From NCBI GenBank assembly GCA_041653595.1, contig JBAZFB010000002.1:4579-68578 (forward strand): a stretch of DNA of 64,000 nt, written 5' to 3'. A program made the translations under genes and the position numbers. Source of the DNA: Candidatus Omnitrophota bacterium. GTDB lineage: Bacteria > Omnitrophota > Gorgyraeia > Pluralincolimonadales > Pluralincolimonadaceae. A model generated the notes under the pieces. The model ran no database searches and was not told where the DNA came from. It was given only the letters and a program-made list of their open reading frames with translations. Each line of letters begins with the position of its first letter. The stretch's first letter is position 1. Positions 61,097-64,000 of the stretch are shown one piece after another.

Positions 61097-62782
61097 ATGT
61101 TATTGGACCCCGCAACGGGAAATAATTTTTTCGGCAGAGACGATATACTCGCCCTGCTTAAGAAGCGCGCCGACGGCCTGCGTTTCGGTTACCGCCAGAA
61201 TGTCGCCATCATAGGGCCTTCCTATTACGGGAAGACCTCGGTCATCTACCGTTTCATAAGCACCCTGCCTTTTAAGGACACGGTCCCGGTCTATATCGAG
61301 GTAAAAAACCAGGGGTTTCCCGCCTTCGCCGAAAAGTTCATCGCCGCCTTGCTTTTCAGGTATCTCGATTTCGCGGAGTTTAAGGCGGCCGGCACCGGCG
61401 GGCTCGTCTCTCTCGCCGCGGACAGGATGCCGAAGACCGCGAAGGCCGTGAAGGCGATCGAAACGCTTATAAAAGGGGGCAAGAACCTGAAGGCCTACCG
61501 CGCCCTGTTCGAACTTCCCGCTACGGCATATTCCGAGACCGGCCTGCGGCCGATAATTATACTGGATGAATTCCACCGGATCGCGGACCTCGGCATAGAA
61601 GACGCGTTTGCCGAGCTCGGAAAATTCATCATGCTGCAGAAAGACACGATGTATATCGTATTATCTTCCCAGATAAACCAGGCCAAAAATATCCTCGCGG
61701 AAAAGCTCTCCCTGTTATTCGGTAATTTCGAAATATACGAACTCGGGACCTTTGATGTCCGGACGGCCTCGCAGTTTATCAGGGCGCGCCTTGTTTCCGG
61801 CCCGCTGCCGGATGAGCTCGTGAATTTCCTGGTGGCGTTCAGCGACGGCCACCCGTTCTACCTCGATTCTATCCTGTTGAGCCTGCGGGGCCGGGGCGGT
61901 AATATTACCGCGGTAAAAGACACCGATACGCTTACGGCGATGTTCATCGAGATACTCTTTGATTCGAAAGGGATATTAAACCAGCATTTTTCGGGCGTGA
62001 TGACCCGGCTCGACGGCATAGACAGGCATTCCGCGGCGGTCCTGCTGGCCATCTCCAACGGCGCGAAGAAAGTCCAGGCGATATCGGAGGCCTCCCGCGT
62101 CAAGACCGCAGAGCTCTCAGCCCTGCTTGAGAAATTGATAGACGCGGGGTGGGTATCCAGGCAAGGGAAGTTTTACCTGATACGCGATAAAGTATTCGAA
62201 TTGTGGCTCAGGAACGTCTACCAGATAAAGGAATACCTGCTCGACCCGTCTTACGAGCCCAAGATATCGATGTTCAGCGCCGAGGTAAAAGGGTTCATAG
62301 AGAATTTCGTGGAATCTTCAGCCAGGGATATCGACGACCTTGTCGCGGGGCTTTTCACCTCGTTCAACGGCGAATTTATGGAATTAGGAGGGAAGAGTTT
62401 CAGGTTGCCGCATTTCGGCAATACAGAGGCCCGGGCATCAAAAATAGACGGCATTTCGTATTTGAGCCTTTTTGCGGAAGGCTGTACATGGGAACTGATA
62501 GTCGGCCGGCGCCCGGTCAGGGACAGCGATGTCATGGATTATCTCAGCCAATGCAAGGGCAGGAAAAGCGCGGTCAAGCGGAAGATCGTCATCGCCCTGG
62601 CAGGTATGGGCGCGAACGCCAAACTTCTCGCAAAAGAAGCGAAATGCTGGATATGGGACCTGAAGGACCTGAATACCCTGCTCGACATGACCGGAAGGCA
62701 GAGGCTGGTCCTGCCGCAATGGGACGCTGAAGGGATAGCGGAATCGCAGAAAGATCATCTTGCAAGCACGGAGAGCGCTTAA
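61097..62782 (+). CDS. P-loop ATPase of the Arch_ATPase (PF01637-like) family with a DUF234-like C-terminal region
   Basis: It begins N.FFGRDD.L and has Walker A IIGPSYYGKTS and Walker B ILDEFH. It is 561 aa. The family is widespread in archaea and bacteria and its function is unknown. Confidence 0.7.
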   Translation: MLLDPATGNNFFGRDDILALLKKRADGLRFGYRQNVAIIGPSYYGKTSVIYRFISTLPFKDTVPVYIEVKNQGFPAFAEKFIAALLFRYLDFAEFKAAGTGGLVSLAADRMPKTAKAVKAIETLIKGGKNLKAYRALFELPATAYSETGLRPIIILDEFHRIADLGIEDAFAELGKFIMLQKDTMYIVLSSQINQAKNILAEKLSLLFGNFEIYELGTFDVRTASQFIRARLVSGPLPDELVNFLVAFSDGHPFYLDSILLSLRGRGGNITAVKDTDTLTAMFIEILFDSKGILNQHFSGVMTRLDGIDRHSAAVLLAISNGAKKVQAISEASRVKTAELSALLEKLIDAGWVSRQGKFYLIRDKVFELWLRNVYQIKEYLLDPSYEPKISMFSAEVKGFIENFVESSARDIDDLVAGLFTSFNGEFMELGGKSFRLPHFGNTEARASKIDGISYLSLFAEGCTWELIVGRRPVRDSDVMDYLSQCKGRKSAVKRKIVIALAGMGANAKLLAKEAKCWIWDLKDLNTLLDMTGRQRLVLPQWDAEGIAESQKDHLASTESA

Positions 62783-62787
62783 TTGAT

Positions 62788-63273
62788 ATGAAGATACTGG
62801 TCTTGTCCGACACGCACGTACCCAGGATGGCTAAAGATATCCCCAAGGCTGTCTATGAAGAGATAAAGAAGGCAGACCTGATACTGCACGCCGGAGATTT
62901 CGTGGAGATGAGTTTACTGGAGAAATTGAGGAAGCTCAAAAAGACGGTCGCCGTATACGGGAACATGGATTCGAAGGAGTTGAGTTCCGCCCTGAAAGCG
63001 AAAGAGATCGTGGAAGCCGGCAAATTCAGGATAGGCCTTATCCACGGCTGGGGCACTCCGGACGGGTTGACCGACCGCATATTGGAAGAGTTCAAGGGCG
63101 ATAAAGTAGATTGCATTGTCTTCGGCCATTCCCACCGGCCGATGAGCGAAACGATAAAAAAGGTGTTGTTCTTGAACCCCGGCAGCCCGACCGATAAGAT
63201 ATTCGCCCCGTACAATTCCTACGGGATAATTGACGTAAACAGCAAGATAACCGCTAAGATAGTGAAACTTTGA
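62788..63273 (+). CDS. YfcE/MJ0936-family metallophosphoesterase
   Basis: It contains MKILVLSDTH, HAGD and GHSH. It is 161 aa. Confidence 0.85.
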   Translation: MKILVLSDTHVPRMAKDIPKAVYEEIKKADLILHAGDFVEMSLLEKLRKLKKTVAVYGNMDSKELSSALKAKEIVEAGKFRIGLIHGWGTPDGLTDRILEEFKGDKVDCIVFGHSHRPMSETIKKVLFLNPGSPTDKIFAPYNSYGIIDVNSKITAKIVKL

Positions 63274-63283
63274 CGGAGGATTA

Positions 63284-63772
63284 ATGGACAGGCTTTGGGC
63301 GCCGTGGAGGACCAAATACATCACTAAGGCGAACACGATGAAGGGCTGTATCTTCTGTTCCAAGCCCAAGACGGGAAAAGACAGGAAGAATTATATAGTA
63401 GCGCGTACCCGCCACAGCTTTTCCATCCTTAATCTCTATCCATACAACAACGGCCATATGATGATCGTCCCTTTCAGGCACGTTGACAGCCTCACTAAAC
63501 TTAACAAGGAAGAGACGGCGGACCTCATAGGCCTCCTTAACGCGACACAGGAACTCCTTTCGAAGACGATGGGTCCCGACGGTTTCAATATCGGCATCAA
63601 TGTCGGGAGGGCGGCCGGCGCCGGCATAAAAGATCACGTCCATATCCATATAGTCCCGCGGTGGTTCGGGGACTCCAATTTCATGACGGTTTCGGCTTCG
63701 ACGAAAGTCATATCCGAATCTCTCGGCGCCTTGTATGACAGGCTGATAAAATGCTCACGCGTAAAGAAATAG
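63284..63772 (+). CDS. HIT-family nucleotide hydrolase/transferase (Ap4A-phosphorylase / GalT-like branch)
   Basis: It has the histidine triad HVHIHIVPR. The N-terminal LWAPWR..YI motif and an internal N.Y..N.GH segment are present. Confidence 0.85.
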   Translation: MDRLWAPWRTKYITKANTMKGCIFCSKPKTGKDRKNYIVARTRHSFSILNLYPYNNGHMMIVPFRHVDSLTKLNKEETADLIGLLNATQELLSKTMGPDGFNIGINVGRAAGAGIKDHVHIHIVPRWFGDSNFMTVSASTKVISESLGALYDRLIKCSRVKK

Positions 63773-64000
63773 AAGAGATAGAATCGAAGACGCTCGCCCC
63801 TTACGCGATGAAGGCGAAGGATTCGAGGGGCAGGGAGCATAAGGAAGAGGAGCATCCTTATAGGACCTGCTACCAACGCGACAGGGACAGGGTGATACAT
63901 TCGACCGCTTTCCGCCGCCTGGAATACAAGACGCAGGTCTTCGTAAACCACGAGGGCGATTATTACCGTACGAGGCTGACGCACACCCTCGAGGCCGCGC
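63751..64000 (+). CDS. dgt: dGTPase-like HD-domain triphosphohydrolase, N-terminal fragment; the 3' end is beyond the window
   Basis: Manual translation gives [11 protein letters not shown]...[41 protein letters not shown]. These are Dgt family N-terminal signature blocks. It overlaps the HIT gene by 22 nt. Confidence 0.8.
   Translation, partial: MLTRKEIEEIESKTLAPYAMKAKDSRGREHKEEEHPYRTCYQRDRDRVIHSTAFRRLEYKTQVFVNHEGDYYRTRLTHTLEAA

Noticed and set aside
1-64000. A search for mobile elements, CRISPR arrays and rRNA
   Set aside because: I saw no transposase, integrase or recombinase ORFs and no direct-repeat/spacer periodicity. There are no rRNA-like conserved blocks. The only tRNA is Gly(CCC) at 60297-60372.

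Overview
This is a 64-kb bacterial window with roughly 50-58% GC. It looks like a Gram-negative, LPS-containing, possibly uncultivated lineage. Codon use is rich in ATA, AGG and AAG, and several ribosomal proteins carry Lys-rich tails. Every supported gene is on the + strand. The minus-strand ORFs in the six-frame track are antisense shadows of conserved genes.

Gene content, in order:
- 1-6421: the C-terminal ~790 aa of rpoB, then rpoC.
- 6434-10632: the str operon, rpsL-rpsG-fusA-tuf.
- 10635-25718: the contiguous S10-spc-alpha ribosomal mega-cluster, rpsJ through rplQ. It includes secY, adk, map, infA, an unlisted rpmJ, and rpoA. There is no rpmD (L30).
- 25754-31667: a metabolic block. It holds an AspAT-family aminotransferase, an IDH3-like NAD-dependent isocitrate or homoisocitrate dehydrogenase, lpdA, lipA, a stand-alone 86-aa lipoyl-domain protein, and a second class-I aminotransferase.
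- 31736-34364: a glycolipid-type cluster with an MGDG-synthase-like GT28, an LpxL/HtrB-family acyltransferase and a GT2.
- 34361-35014: pcm.
- 35015-36393: a small apparent insertion, about 1.4 kb. It has a low-complexity CTCGC-rich stretch and a near-consensus sigma70 promoter. A ~280-nt leader with two perfect GGGAC/GUCCC hairpins follows, then a Skp/OmpH-like periplasmic chaperone and a 127-aa hypothetical protein.
- 36456-44274: a cobalamin riboswitch with an intrinsic terminator, controlling cobU-cobT-cobS-btuF-btuC-btuD-btuB-tonB.
- 44286-50402: a promoter and rpsU, then a fused M16 zinc peptidase translationally coupled to a Memo-like protein (AmmeMemoRadiSam B homologue), DUF1844, an rmuC-like gene, a flippase-like membrane protein and a Trm112-like protein.
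- 50399-54911: aroQ, an M24 peptidase, efp, accB, accC and an AmaP/Asp23-like membrane protein.
- 54937-57055: a likely PPi-dependent phosphofructokinase, gmhA and an HldC/RfaE-domain-II adenylyltransferase.
- 57055-60270: a small ORF coupled to thiE, then thiE, thiC and a PfkB-family kinase.
- 60297-60372: tRNA-Gly(CCC).
- 60395-64000: an NlpD-like LysM-M23 lipoprotein, a PF01637-type P-loop ATPase, a YfcE-like phosphoesterase, a HIT protein and the N-terminus of a dGTPase-like HD protein.

I found no transposase, integrase, CRISPR array or rRNA.
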